A stretch of DNA of 64,000 bases from Alphaproteobacteria bacterium (GTDB lineage: Bacteria; Pseudomonadota; Alphaproteobacteria; MPNO01; UBA830). The stretch covers positions 2,880,001-2,944,000 of the forward strand of contig OZ251539.1 in assembly GCA_965243135.1 (NCBI GenBank). The letters are read 5' to 3'. How positions within the stretch are numbered: the first letter of the stretch is position 1; the number at the start of each line of letters is the position of its first letter. The notes beneath the pieces are model-generated. The model did no database searches, had not been told where the DNA came from, and was given only the letters and a program-made list of their open reading frames with translations. This document shows, in pieces, positions 49,403 through 59,145 of this stretch. The position numbers and the translations under genes are program-made.

Positions 49403-51640
49403 GTGCGCGCCGTCCTCCGGCTTCTCTTCCTGCCCGAACTCGGTCGGTCCTTCCGCGACCTCCGGAGATCGGCCGCGAGGCTGTCCGGTCTGGCGAAGGC
49501 GCTCGCCCCCGTGCCGCAGCGGGCATTGCGCAACCCGTTCGCCCCCGGCCTGCGCGCCCGCGCCCTCGCCGGCGCCGCGGTCGCGCTGCTCGGCGCCGCG
49601 CTGCTGGTCCTCTTCGCCGCCGGCGTCCTCGCTTCCGCGGCGGCGCAGACGGTCGACCTGTTCGCCGAGGAGGACGCGGGCACGCGCCGGCTGCTCGCCT
49701 TCCTCGCCGATCTGCGGACCGAGCGCGACTCGGCCCTCGGCGGCATGCTCTTCGTCTACAACGCCGCGGTCCTCGTCCTCTCCGGCTTCCTCCTGATCTG
49801 GCACGTCGCCGCCGGCGCCGTCGACACCGCCCGCGAGGGACGGCTCGGCCTCGGCGGCTGGGAGATCCTGCGCATCGTCCTCGCCGTCGCCGCCATGGCG
49901 CCCCTTCCCGGCGGCATGAACGCCGCCCAGCACGCCGTCGTCGGCCTCGCTCATCTCGGCGGCGACTTCGCCACCGCCGTCTGGCGGCCGTTCTCCGCCG
50001 AGGCGCTGCGCGGCGGCAAGCCGATCGCTCCCCGACCCCGCGCCGCCGCCTGGCGCGCCGCCGTCTCGCGCGTCCTGATCGCCGAAACCTGCATGCACGT
50101 CGCCAACGCCGCCGCCCGAGCGCCGCTCGTCGTCGTCCGCGCCGCCGACGAGAAGACCGCCCGCGTCGTCCGCTACGACGGCGATCGCCGCGGCCTGCCC
50201 AGGGAAATGTGCGGCGCCGTCCGCTACCGCGGACTCCATGTCCGCAAGATACGGCCCGACCGGTCTTCCGCCTTCGGCTTCGACATGCTCAACCAGACCG
50301 AATACGTTCCCGCCGAAGGCCCGCGCGGCGACGCCGCGCGGGCGCACTACGCGGCGCTCGAGGGGCTGCGCCCGCATCTCCGCCTGCGCGCCGTCCGCCT
50401 CGGCGACCGCTTCGTGCCCGGAAACGCGGCCTACGGCCGCCCGCTGCCCGACCTCGACGCCTTCCTCGCCGGCCTCGCGGACGATTACGCCCGAGCGCTC
50501 GACGCGGCGCTGCGCAGCGCCGCGGCCGACGAGCGCGACGCCCTCGAAAAGGCGGTCGCCGACGACGCCGAAAGGCGGGGCTGGCTGTCGGCCGCCGCCT
50601 TCTTCAACACCGTCGCCCGCCGCACCGGGGCGTTCCAGACGTCGGCCTGGAACCTGCCCGACGCGGCGCTTCCCGCCGGCAGCCTCGAGGGCGCCTCGAA
50701 GCCGGCCGCCGCCGCCGTGCAGGCGCTCACCGTCGCCCTCGCCCAGACCCGCGGCTGGAAGCCCGTCCTGTTCGGCGGCGGCGCGCTGCCCTCGTCGGGC
50801 GGCGACGGCGGCGTCGGCGCCGGGTTGTGGGACTGGCTGTCGATCGACGCCGCGTCCCTTCCCGACAGCGGCAACCCGATCGCCGATCTCGCCGGATACG
50901 GCCACGACCTCCTGTTCAACGCCATGACCGCCATCGGCGCCCTCGCCGCCGCCGCGACCGTCTCCGGCGGCTTCCGGTCCGTCCCCTTCGTCGGCAGGGG
51001 CCTCGACCTGTTCGGGCACGGCTGGCAGGTCGCCGACAGCTTCGTCTCCACCATCCTCGGCATCTTCCTCGTCGCCGGCGCGATCCTCGCCTACCTCCTG
51101 CCCGCCGTCCCCTTCCTCCGCTTCCTGTTCGCCGTCCTCGCATGGGCGATCGACGTCGTGGCCGCCGTCCTCGCCGTCACCGCGTTCGCCGCCGCCCACG
51201 TCACCCGCGGCGACGGCAACGCCCTCGCCACGCAGGCCACCCGCCAGGGCTGGCTGTTCCTGCCCGGCCTGATCCTGCGCCCGCCCCTGACGCTGTTCGG
51301 CCTCGTCGCGGGCTACTTCGTCTTCCTCGCCGCCATGGACCTCTTCAACGAGGTCTGGAAGCCGCATCTGCGCGACGCCAACGCCTCCGACGGCCTCGGC
51401 ATCGTCGGATACCTCGCCTACCTCGCGATCTACGTCATGACCGCCTGGGCCCTTCTGAACGCCGCCTTCAAGCTCGTCGACGGCCTGCCCGCCGCCGCCG
51501 TCGAATGGATCGGCGGCCGCGCCGGAGCGCAGGGCGTCGACGCCGACCGTCTCGGCGGCGCCGTCACCGCCGGCATCGGCCGCATGTCCGGACTCCGCGT
51601 CGGGTCGCTCCGCACCGGCGGCGCCCGCCCGCCGCCCTGA
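49403..51640 (+). CDS. dotA: T4BSS inner-membrane protein DotA/TraY
   Basis: YNAAVL, DTAREG..G, W..LRIV, P.PGG.NAAQ, GWLSAAAFF, LAYLLPAVPF, LRPPLTLFGL, LP..AVEWIG. Confidence 0.9.
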   Translation: MRAVLRLLFLPELGRSFRDLRRSAARLSGLAKALAPVPQRALRNPFAPGLRARALAGAAVALLGAALLVLFAAGVLASAAAQTVDLFAEEDAGTRRLLAFLADLRTERDSALGGMLFVYNAAVLVLSGFLLIWHVAAGAVDTAREGRLGLGGWEILRIVLAVAAMAPLPGGMNAAQHAVVGLAHLGGDFATAVWRPFSAEALRGGKPIAPRPRAAAWRAAVSRVLIAETCMHVANAAARAPLVVVRAADEKTARVVRYDGDRRGLPREMCGAVRYRGLHVRKIRPDRSSAFGFDMLNQTEYVPAEGPRGDAARAHYAALEGLRPHLRLRAVRLGDRFVPGNAAYGRPLPDLDAFLAGLADDYARALDAALRSAAADERDALEKAVADDAERRGWLSAAAFFNTVARRTGAFQTSAWNLPDAALPAGSLEGASKPAAAAVQALTVALAQTRGWKPVLFGGGALPSSGGDGGVGAGLWDWLSIDAASLPDSGNPIADLAGYGHDLLFNAMTAIGALAAAATVSGGFRSVPFVGRGLDLFGHGWQVADSFVSTILGIFLVAGAILAYLLPAVPFLRFLFAVLAWAIDVVAAVLAVTAFAAAHVTRGDGNALATQATRQGWLFLPGLILRPPLTLFGLVAGYFVFLAAMDLFNEVWKPHLRDANASDGLGIVGYLAYLAIYVMTAWALLNAAFKLVDGLPAAAVEWIGGRAGAQGVDADRLGGAVTAGIGRMSGLRVGSLRTGGARPPP

Positions 51641-51655
51641 CGGAAAGGAAACCCC

Positions 51656-51850
51656 GTGCCGTTCGTCCCGCTCCTCGCGGCGCCCGCCGCGGCGCAGCTC
51701 CCCGCCCCCGGGGCCGCCGCCCTCCGGACGGACGACGACGACCTCGCCCGGCGCGCCGCCGCCTTCCGCAACGGGGCGCTCGCCGGGCGCAACGGGAACC
51801 CCGAGACCGGCAACGCGGCGCCGCGCCGCAGGATCCTCGAGTGCCGGTGA
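51656..51850 (+). CDS. small hypothetical protein
   Basis: RBS aaagga; its stop overlaps the virD4 start. Confidence 0.35.
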   Translation: MPFVPLLAAPAAAQLPAPGAAALRTDDDDLARRAAAFRNGALAGRNGNPETGNAAPRRRILECR

Positions 51851-53748
51851 CCGCCCGCGCCGCCGCCCTCCTGCCGGCCGCCGCCGGCTTCGCGTGGTCG
51901 GCCCGGCTCCTCGCCGGCGATCCCCCGGCCGACGTCGCCGCGATCGTCCTCGCGGCGGCGCTCGCCGTCTCGCTCGCCGCCTTCGTCGCGATTCCCCGCA
52001 GGACGGCGCCCGTCTGGCGCCTCTCGCTGCACACCGCGGCCCTCGCGGTTTCCGCGACCGTCGCATGGATCGCCGTCCTGCCGGCGCTTCTCTCGCGTCC
52101 AGCCGCCTGGCTGTCCTCCCTGCACCGCTTCGACGCCGCCGGGCTCGTCCTCGCCGCCTCGCCGGTCGCCGCGGCGCTCGCGCTGTGGCTGTGGACCGAC
52201 GCGCTGGCCGCGGCCGCCGTCCGCGGGCGGGACGGGAAACGCAAGCGCGCGAAATCCGTGCTCTACGGCAAGGCCCGGCTGCTCGGGCCGTCCCACGTGC
52301 GGGCCCTGTCGCGCCGCAGCGGCATCCTGCTCGGCCAGCGCGGCCCGGGAAGGGCCTCGCCTCTGATTGCGTGGAACCTCGAAGGCTGCGCCGTCACCGT
52401 CGCGCCGCCCCGCACCGGCAAGGGCGCCGTCATCGCCCTCAACTACCTGTCGCCCGGCGGCAGGGGCTTCTCCGGCTCGACCGTCCTCGTCGACCCCCGC
52501 GGCGAGACCTTCTGCGTCGTCGCCCGCAGGCGCCGCGAAATGGGCAGGCGCGTCGTCCTCCTCGATCCCTTCGGGGTGGCGGCGCAGCACGCGGAACAGT
52601 TCGGCGGCGCGGTCCATTTGCCGGACGCGGAGTCCGCCCGCTACAACCCTTTCGACTTCATCCGCGACGACGAGGCCCGCGCCGTCCGCGACATAAACGT
52701 GCTGCTCGACGCGCTGCTGACGCCGCCGGAAAGCAACGCCCACGCGAACTCGCGGCATTTCCACGAGAGCGCCCGCTCGCTGATCGCCGGATACATGGCC
52801 TGGATCCGCTTCCGCGAGCCGCCGCGCAAGCGGAATCTCGCGTTCCTCCACGAACAGCTCTCGAAGGGCGCGAAGGAGCAGGAGCTGTTCGCCCGACGCG
52901 TGGCGGCGACCGACCGCTTCTGCAGCGGCCTCGCGCATCTCGCCGTCGAACGCCAGTCGCGGGTCGGCAAGGAGGAGGGCGGCTCGAACTTCACGACGAT
53001 CGCCAACCAGCTCGCCTTCATGACCTATCCGGAGCTCGCGGCCCACACCGCCGCCTCGACCTTCGACCCGGTCGACATCGCCGCCGGCGACATGGACCTG
53101 TTCGTGGTCGCGCCGGAGGAGCTGCTCGACCACGTGCGCGGCTGGATCCGGCTGTGGATAACGATCCCGAACGCGGTTCCCGCCCGCCGCGCCCTCGAGC
53201 GCGACCTGCTCGTCGTCCTCGACGAGATGCCGCGGCTCGGCTACCTGAAGCCCGTCATGGACGGCTACAACATGGCGGCGGGAAAGGGGATCCACTTCTG
53301 GTCCTTCGCGCAGTCGATCTCGGCGCTCGACGCCACCTGGGGCAAGGAGCGCCGGACGACCCTCACGCATCTCGCCGAGGTCGTGCAGGTGCTGGGGTTT
53401 CCGCGGATGGACGCCGACGGCGCCGAGGAGTTGTCGAAGGCGATCGGCAGCGCGACCTGGGAGTCGCGGTCGGAGAACGTCTCCGGCACCGTCCAGGAGG
53501 GCCGCCTGATGGCATCGTCGCAGTCGCAGGCCGGCGAGACGGTGTCGACCGTGAAGGAACGACTGGTGACGCCCGACGACCTCATGACCATGGGCCCCGA
53601 CGAGCAGTACGTCGTCGCGACCGCGAAGGACATGCCGCGGGACGCGCTCCACCTCCGCCACGCGCGCTACTGGGCGCGGCCGGATTCGCGGCGGCTCGCC
53701 GACCCCAACCCGTTCGTGCTGCGGAAGCGGGCTGCCGCCGGCGCCTGA
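51847..53748 (+). CDS. virD4: type IV coupling protein, VirD4/TraG family
   Basis: N-terminal TM helices, LYGKARL, VAPPRTGKG, VDPRGE, LDPFG, YNPFD, VLDEMPRLG, RLVTPDDL: VirD4/TraG signature. Confidence 0.88.
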   Translation: MTARAAALLPAAAGFAWSARLLAGDPPADVAAIVLAAALAVSLAAFVAIPRRTAPVWRLSLHTAALAVSATVAWIAVLPALLSRPAAWLSSLHRFDAAGLVLAASPVAAALALWLWTDALAAAAVRGRDGKRKRAKSVLYGKARLLGPSHVRALSRRSGILLGQRGPGRASPLIAWNLEGCAVTVAPPRTGKGAVIALNYLSPGGRGFSGSTVLVDPRGETFCVVARRRREMGRRVVLLDPFGVAAQHAEQFGGAVHLPDAESARYNPFDFIRDDEARAVRDINVLLDALLTPPESNAHANSRHFHESARSLIAGYMAWIRFREPPRKRNLAFLHEQLSKGAKEQELFARRVAATDRFCSGLAHLAVERQSRVGKEEGGSNFTTIANQLAFMTYPELAAHTAASTFDPVDIAAGDMDLFVVAPEELLDHVRGWIRLWITIPNAVPARRALERDLLVVLDEMPRLGYLKPVMDGYNMAAGKGIHFWSFAQSISALDATWGKERRTTLTHLAEVVQVLGFPRMDADGAEELSKAIGSATWESRSENVSGTVQEGRLMASSQSQAGETVSTVKERLVTPDDLMTMGPDEQYVVATAKDMPRDALHLRHARYWARPDSRRLADPNPFVLRKRAAAGA

Positions 53749-53964
53749 AACTGCTGCGGGAGCGTTCGCCTCCGCCGCCCCGGCACCTTGACTTACCAGC
53801 CAACCCATCCCCATACTGCCTTGGTGACAAAGATTGCCAACCGTCGGCGTTGCGCTTCGGAGTTGAATAAGGGGCTTCACCTGATTCCAACCTGACCGGG
53901 CCAAATAGAACAACTCTACAGCAGGATAGTCTAAGAGCGACGCAACCAACCTAAGAATCGAGCG

Positions 53965-55158
53965 ATGTCAAATTATTTACACTTGAATAAAAACGTAACT
54001 CTTTCGTCTTTGGAGGAACAAATGCGCTCCGACACCTTCGGACGCAAAACCCTGTTCTTGTCGCACAACATAAAAGAAGGAGGCACTCTTGGTCGATCAT
54101 CAGCCGTAGCGCAGTTTATTGTAACATGGGCTCATTCCTCATCATCCCCGTGTATCAGAACATATGTTGATAATAGAACGGAAAATGAAAAACTCACTGA
54201 GAATATTTACACTGTAGCCGCCATATTTTTGGCTCAAGAAGTTTTCCCAAGAAAAACGGAAAGAAACTTGCGCGATGAGTTGTTGAGCGCAACACAAGAA
54301 CGAATAAAAAATATGTACATAGGAAACTTGAAATCCCTTGTTCGAGGCAGAAGAATTGAATTCATCTTCTTGGAAGGAAACGCAAATGAATTCCACATTC
54401 CGTTGTACGTAGAAATGCCAAAACGTTCCGATTTGCTAAATCGCCAGCGACATGGAGACATGGTAAATAATCCTTCAAGAATGAACAGTTTTATCGACAA
54501 ATGCTTGCAGGCAATAGAAATCAGAGGAGCCGCTGAAGGGACAGTTTTTTTGCAGAAATACCTTCACACACCTAAACAACCGCTTGGCCGTTTTCTCTAT
54601 GAATCGTTCCGTAACACCGCCGAGCATGCGTACCTTTCTGACGACGGAAAATTCACTGGAAATAGCTTACGGGCGATCACAATAGCACTTCGACCATCGA
54701 GCCCAGATCAGTTCGCTGAGACCTCTATATTGAGCGCTAACCACAAAAATGAAAAAAAATACCTCGAAACAATACTGGATAAATTTCGCGAAAAAGGTCA
54801 AAGACAACTCATCGGCATGCTAGAGATATCAATTCTGGATTCGGGACCTGGGTTCGCTCGAACCATCGAGGGAAAAAACAAAACCAATTCTAGCGACCAT
54901 GATCTCGTCGCTAAATGTTTTCATAAAAACATATCTGCAAAACATAACTCATCTGCAGGTTTAGGATTGAGTCGCATTTTGGAAGTAGTTAGAGATCTTA
55001 ACGGCTACCTTCGGGTCCGTACCGCAACGACGGAATTTTTTCTACCAGGAACAGACCCTTTGAATTTCGATCAATTTGATGCGAAGCGTCATATTCAATC
55101 TGGACTTCCAAAAATTCGAGGCACGCTGCTCACAGCATGCTTTCCACTTCTCTATTGA
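53965..55158 (+). CDS. GHKL/histidine-kinase-like ATPase (stand-alone HATPase_c)
   Basis: N-box YESFRNTAEHAY, G1 EISILDSGPGF, G2 AGLGL, C-terminal GTLL; AT-rich composition. Confidence 0.8.
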   Translation: MSNYLHLNKNVTLSSLEEQMRSDTFGRKTLFLSHNIKEGGTLGRSSAVAQFIVTWAHSSSSPCIRTYVDNRTENEKLTENIYTVAAIFLAQEVFPRKTERNLRDELLSATQERIKNMYIGNLKSLVRGRRIEFIFLEGNANEFHIPLYVEMPKRSDLLNRQRHGDMVNNPSRMNSFIDKCLQAIEIRGAAEGTVFLQKYLHTPKQPLGRFLYESFRNTAEHAYLSDDGKFTGNSLRAITIALRPSSPDQFAETSILSANHKNEKKYLETILDKFREKGQRQLIGMLEISILDSGPGFARTIEGKNKTNSSDHDLVAKCFHKNISAKHNSSAGLGLSRILEVVRDLNGYLRVRTATTEFFLPGTDPLNFDQFDAKRHIQSGLPKIRGTLLTACFPLLY

Positions 55159-57320
55159 TGCTCATGTCGATTTTTTTTACATCATTCGATCATAATATTG
55201 ACGGAAGATCCGAAAGAATTTCTGTCGTTTACCCGTCGGCGACAGTTAAATGGGAGCAAGAAATTGTCGATATTATAGACGATTTGACGAGGGGGCCATA
55301 TCCGCCTCGCAGATGCGTTTTTGTTTCACCGTTATGCCACTACAACGACATCGTGTCGGGGGTCCGGAACCGTTTTTCGGATATCAAGGATCGCTTAGGT
55401 GCGACGACGCATATTGTCGTCGCACCATATAAAAAGAACGGTCGCCTTTCGATAAATGATGTCGCTCAACCATACCAGGCCAGTGGTAGATGGCGGTTGA
55501 CCGACGAACATTTGACGGAATTCGCTCAGAAGTACGCCGCGGCAATATATGAAGAATCGAAGAGCAAATTGGTGGCGCCGCATGGTTATCAATTCCGTAA
55601 GCCGTCCGGACGTGCACGAACAGTATTCTTACGTGCGGAGAATATGCTGCACGAGCTAGATTCCGTAAACGTGTTCAATCATCTTCTTCTTCAAAAATGG
55701 ACAGATGAAATGAATACAATATATATTGACAGCTTCACGATTTCTTCTTTTGCGATGGGTCTGCAGCTACTAATATCACATTTTGAGGAAAATAACATCA
55801 GTAGAGTTCCAACGATCCAAAATTTTCGTTCCTATCAAAAAGTTAGTGACTTCAACTTTCCGATGCATGAAAATTATCTCGTCATTATATCAGCCTCTAC
55901 GAGTGGAGGTCTTGCAAGAAATTTGATTGAAAATCACGGTGCCGCGGAGAAGCGAATAGTACATTTAGTCGGTGCTGCCCCCGGCTCGGTTGCACCTAGC
56001 ACGGTTAAACAGTGGTTTCGTACGTCCTGTTTGTTTTTCGATGAACTCCCGGAGGAGACAACCCCTGCTGGCCCACAGCTCCAGGATATCAATATCCCAA
56101 CCGAGAAGTTCGTCGTTACTCCACCCGTGAGAGTGCGCATCACACAAAGACATGTCGAGGAAGCAAAGACATCAATGTTGGCGGACTCATTCTATAATGA
56201 TCATTTACATATAAAACAGTCGGGTCGGGATGCGGGCTATGGAAGATATCATTTGTTTTCAACCGTGCCGGATAAGGTAGAAATTTCTCCCGGTCTCAAT
56301 AAATGGATGAGTGCCGAATTAGTACATCAAGTACCAGGAAGTGCAAAAACAATTGTATACGGGAATGATAGTATTTCAAAAATTTTGGCAAATGAACTTA
56401 AACAAATCATCTCATGTAAAAAGATGATTTCAAGATTAAATCTTAAAAAATCTCGGATAAATTATAATGATAGTGACTCCATTGTTGTGGTCGTATATGA
56501 AGACTCTGAACTTGACGAACTAGCGGCCATATGTCAGACACTCCGTAAATGGCCTGAAACCTTTAAGCATTATGTTGTTTGTTATTCATTTCCGCAAACA
56601 AAGACAAAGTTTGAGGCCGTCCGCCAAGATTTGATTAAAGGAGAGAAAGAGAGGAAGTATGGTTGGTCTTCGTATTTAATCATGCCTATGGGATCAATGG
56701 ATATACATGATTCATGGCTGTCCGATTATCCTAAATTCACGTCGGAGAAAGTGAGTAACCTTTCAAGAGATTTGCCCAAGAAACTCCGAAAGTCCTTACT
56801 TGATAGGATCAGTGATTCTGATCGATTGCCCATTTTCTTTCCAAATATAAATGGAGACAGACTTATACTAAGAGATGGTTCCGTTTTTTTCCCAAATTCC
56901 GGAATGGAACACTCGCATGAATCGGTATACTTGGCTGTTTCGACGACTATCCAAGTTGCTCGGGAGGGAAAATTTGAAGATGGATTACGTTTTGATGATG
57001 ATCCTTTTTCCAACACCGTAATTGATCCGAGAATGTTTTCTCGTTACAATGACGGTATTCTCCAAGCGTCGTTACTTCGTGCCTTGAGGCCATCGGAACT
57101 CGATTTTTCGGGTGACGCCTTGATTAGCGGCGAGTTTACGGCCATTATTTTAAACATCATACAACATGCTCAAGAGACCATAGGGGAGGCAGCGTTGGAG
57201 TTTTTGGCGGCGCTAGCGACGAGAAAAATAGCGCTCAGAATGGAAGATTTTGATCGCGTGATAAATACCATTAAAGAGGATTTTATATTGAACGAAATTT
57301 GGAATTTGTTTCAGAAGTAG
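55158..57320 (+). CDS. large protein with degenerate phosphoribosyltransferase (PRTase)-like folds
   Basis: TGATG coupling to the upstream gene; APHGYQFRKPSGRARTVFLRAENML hood motif; LVIISASTSGGL PRPP-loop-like motif; second VVVVYED segment; RYNDGILQASLLRA C-terminus. Confidence 0.65.
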   Translation: MLMSIFFTSFDHNIDGRSERISVVYPSATVKWEQEIVDIIDDLTRGPYPPRRCVFVSPLCHYNDIVSGVRNRFSDIKDRLGATTHIVVAPYKKNGRLSINDVAQPYQASGRWRLTDEHLTEFAQKYAAAIYEESKSKLVAPHGYQFRKPSGRARTVFLRAENMLHELDSVNVFNHLLLQKWTDEMNTIYIDSFTISSFAMGLQLLISHFEENNISRVPTIQNFRSYQKVSDFNFPMHENYLVIISASTSGGLARNLIENHGAAEKRIVHLVGAAPGSVAPSTVKQWFRTSCLFFDELPEETTPAGPQLQDINIPTEKFVVTPPVRVRITQRHVEEAKTSMLADSFYNDHLHIKQSGRDAGYGRYHLFSTVPDKVEISPGLNKWMSAELVHQVPGSAKTIVYGNDSISKILANELKQIISCKKMISRLNLKKSRINYNDSDSIVVVVYEDSELDELAAICQTLRKWPETFKHYVVCYSFPQTKTKFEAVRQDLIKGEKERKYGWSSYLIMPMGSMDIHDSWLSDYPKFTSEKVSNLSRDLPKKLRKSLLDRISDSDRLPIFFPNINGDRLILRDGSVFFPNSGMEHSHESVYLAVSTTIQVAREGKFEDGLRFDDDPFSNTVIDPRMFSRYNDGILQASLLRALRPSELDFSGDALISGEFTAIILNIIQHAQETIGEAALEFLAALATRKIALRMEDFDRVINTIKEDFILNEIWNLFQK

Positions 57321-57333
57321 TGAGCGGCCACTC

Positions 57334-57630
57334 TAGTGTTGTGTCCCTTAAATAGATATTATATATCGGCGTGGGAAATTTTCAGGAGGAGGTCACCATG
57401 CCGAAAGGGAGGCCTGTCACGCCGCTCGTTCTCACTCAGGAAGCGCAACTGTGCAGCATTGCGAATGCAACGTCGCTGCCCTGATTCTGCGCGCCAGGAT
57501 CGTTCTGGAGTGCGCCTCGGGAATGTCGAACAGGGCGGTTGCCGAAAAGTTCGACGTTTCGCCGCTGACCGTGGGCAGATGGCGAAAGCGGTTTGTGGAA
57601 GGCGGGACCGAAGGACTGCACGACGAATGG
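57334..57630 (+). mobile_element. IS630-family remnant (left end + N-terminal HTH of the transposase)
   Basis: TA-GTGTTGTGTCC end; ATG 57398 MPKGRPVTPLVL, RARIVLECASGMSNRAVAEKFDVSPLTVGRWRKRFVEGGTEGLHDE. Confidence 0.8.
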
Positions 57631-58300
57631 GTGCAAATCTGATATGGCTAAATCGAAGATTACATAAAACGTTGATTTTCAATGATTATCCAAGTCCGTG
57701 TCGCGGCGCTTCGGGGCCGAAATCAGCGATTTCGTGACAAAACGTCGTTCCGGGGGCGGATTTTGTCGCGATAGGGGAGTTGGAGAGCAAAAAAAGGAAT
57801 GCTCCAAGTGCGCGGCAGAATGTTGGCAGCAATACACAACATCATTCCCATGTCAGCATCACAGCCTTCGACCGGTTTGTCCTTCTCGGACCTTCCCGCG
57901 ACGACCGCCGAGGCGCTTCGGTCAGCCGCAACCTTCATCTGCAAAGAAATCGAACGACGGGAACAGGGTTCCGAGGCGTTCGCCGGTTTCGAGGCTGAGG
58001 GAGCATGCCTTCCTGTCGTGCGGCCGTAGGCGATTACATTGAAGCGCGGGACGACGAAGAAGGTCCGATTCACCGGGAGGGTCAGGTCTTCTACCGGGCT
58101 GCGCCGATGCCAAAAACCATCAATACGTTGTTCGGTCCGGTCACGTATTGCCGTTCTCGGTACCGCACCCGAAACTCATGATCATGCCCGTCACAGCTTT
58201 TCATGTTTTTACTTTTTGACGAGGGTATCCGAAGCCGTTTGGACGCAGGGAACTGCGCCCGTGGCGAAAGCCGACCCGTATCGGTCGAAAAACACCGACT
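57630..58300 (+). mobile_element. ISKra4-like transposase remnant (N-terminal part, frameshifted)
   Basis: Fragment FYRAAPMPKTINTLFGPVTYCRSRYRT resembles ISKra4-family transposases. Confidence 0.5.
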
Positions 58301-58386
58301 AGGGCGGCGCAAAGGCTCGTCGACGAGTCGGGGGCGAACCGGTTTTCGGGCGGCGGCAGGCTTCGATAGCCTCGTTTGTCGCTTCG

Positions 58387-59100
58387 TCAGGCATGCAAAT
58401 CCTCTCCGCGAAGGCGTTCGATTTCTTCCTGCTTTCGTTTCCGGGCACCGCTCTTGCGGTCGTGCCTGCCGATGGGCACGGGAATCCGCCAGTACTGCGC
58501 CGCTTCGGACATGTCCATTCGCAGAAGTGCACAGTCTCCCGGTTCGAGCGCATCGCCGGAAAGAAGCGGCGAGATGCCGAGAGCGCGGAAGATTTACGCA
58601 GCGACAGCGCGGCCCAGAGGCGGAGACACGGCGTTGCCGATCTGCCTCGCGCCACGCTACTTGGTTGGATGGAACCGGAACCAGTCGGGGAAGTCGGGGA
58701 AGCCGTGCAACCTCGCCATTTCGCGCACGGTGACGCAACTCGTGCGCTCGTAATGGATCGGCCGGGGCCTGGTGAAAGCGCCGCGCTCGCCGCTCTCCGG
58801 CCCTCAAGGTGTTGGACACGCCGTCTCGCGGCAGACGGTGAAACAGCGAGATAAGCTCGACCGGTCCCGGAAGAGTCTCGGCGAAGCGGTTGCGCGGAAT
58901 GTCGGTGTGCCTGATGCGTGCGCTCGAAGTCAGCTGGCCGGGATCCCAGATGCGCGGATGCCCGAACGCCCATGCTTCGTTGTCAAGGCACCTCACCTCG
59001 CGAGCGTATGCCGGAGGCGGTCCCCATTCGTCGCTGCGGACGATATCGTCTTCCAGTAGTTCTGGATAGTCCTCGGCTTCGGGGAGATTCTCGAGCGCCT
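58387..59100 (-). pseudogene. DNA (cytosine-5) methyltransferase, C-terminal half, with a frameshift and internal stops
   Basis: Reverse strand: GVSNTLRAG / RGAFTRPRPIHY, motif IX VTVREMARLHGFPD(FPD)WFRF, motif X QIGNAVSPPLGRAVA, tail MDMSEAAQYW..PIGRHDRKSGARKRKQ. Confidence 0.85.
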
Positions 59101-59145
59101 CGGTGCAGGAAGGTCAAGGCGGACCGAGTCAAAACCTGGTATCCG

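Noticed and set aside
25584-53949. Very long minus-strand or alternative-frame ORFs in the tra region (e.g. 43721-47542, 47978-52066, 33309-36209, upstream part of 48775-53748)
   Set aside because: Arg/Gly/Ala-rich shadow frames of high-GC genes; the real genes are defined by motifs and overlapping stop/start codons on the plus strand.
53965-55158. Ordinary two-component sensor kinase
   Set aside because: No TM/sensor domain, no recognisable H-box dimerisation domain and no adjacent response regulator.
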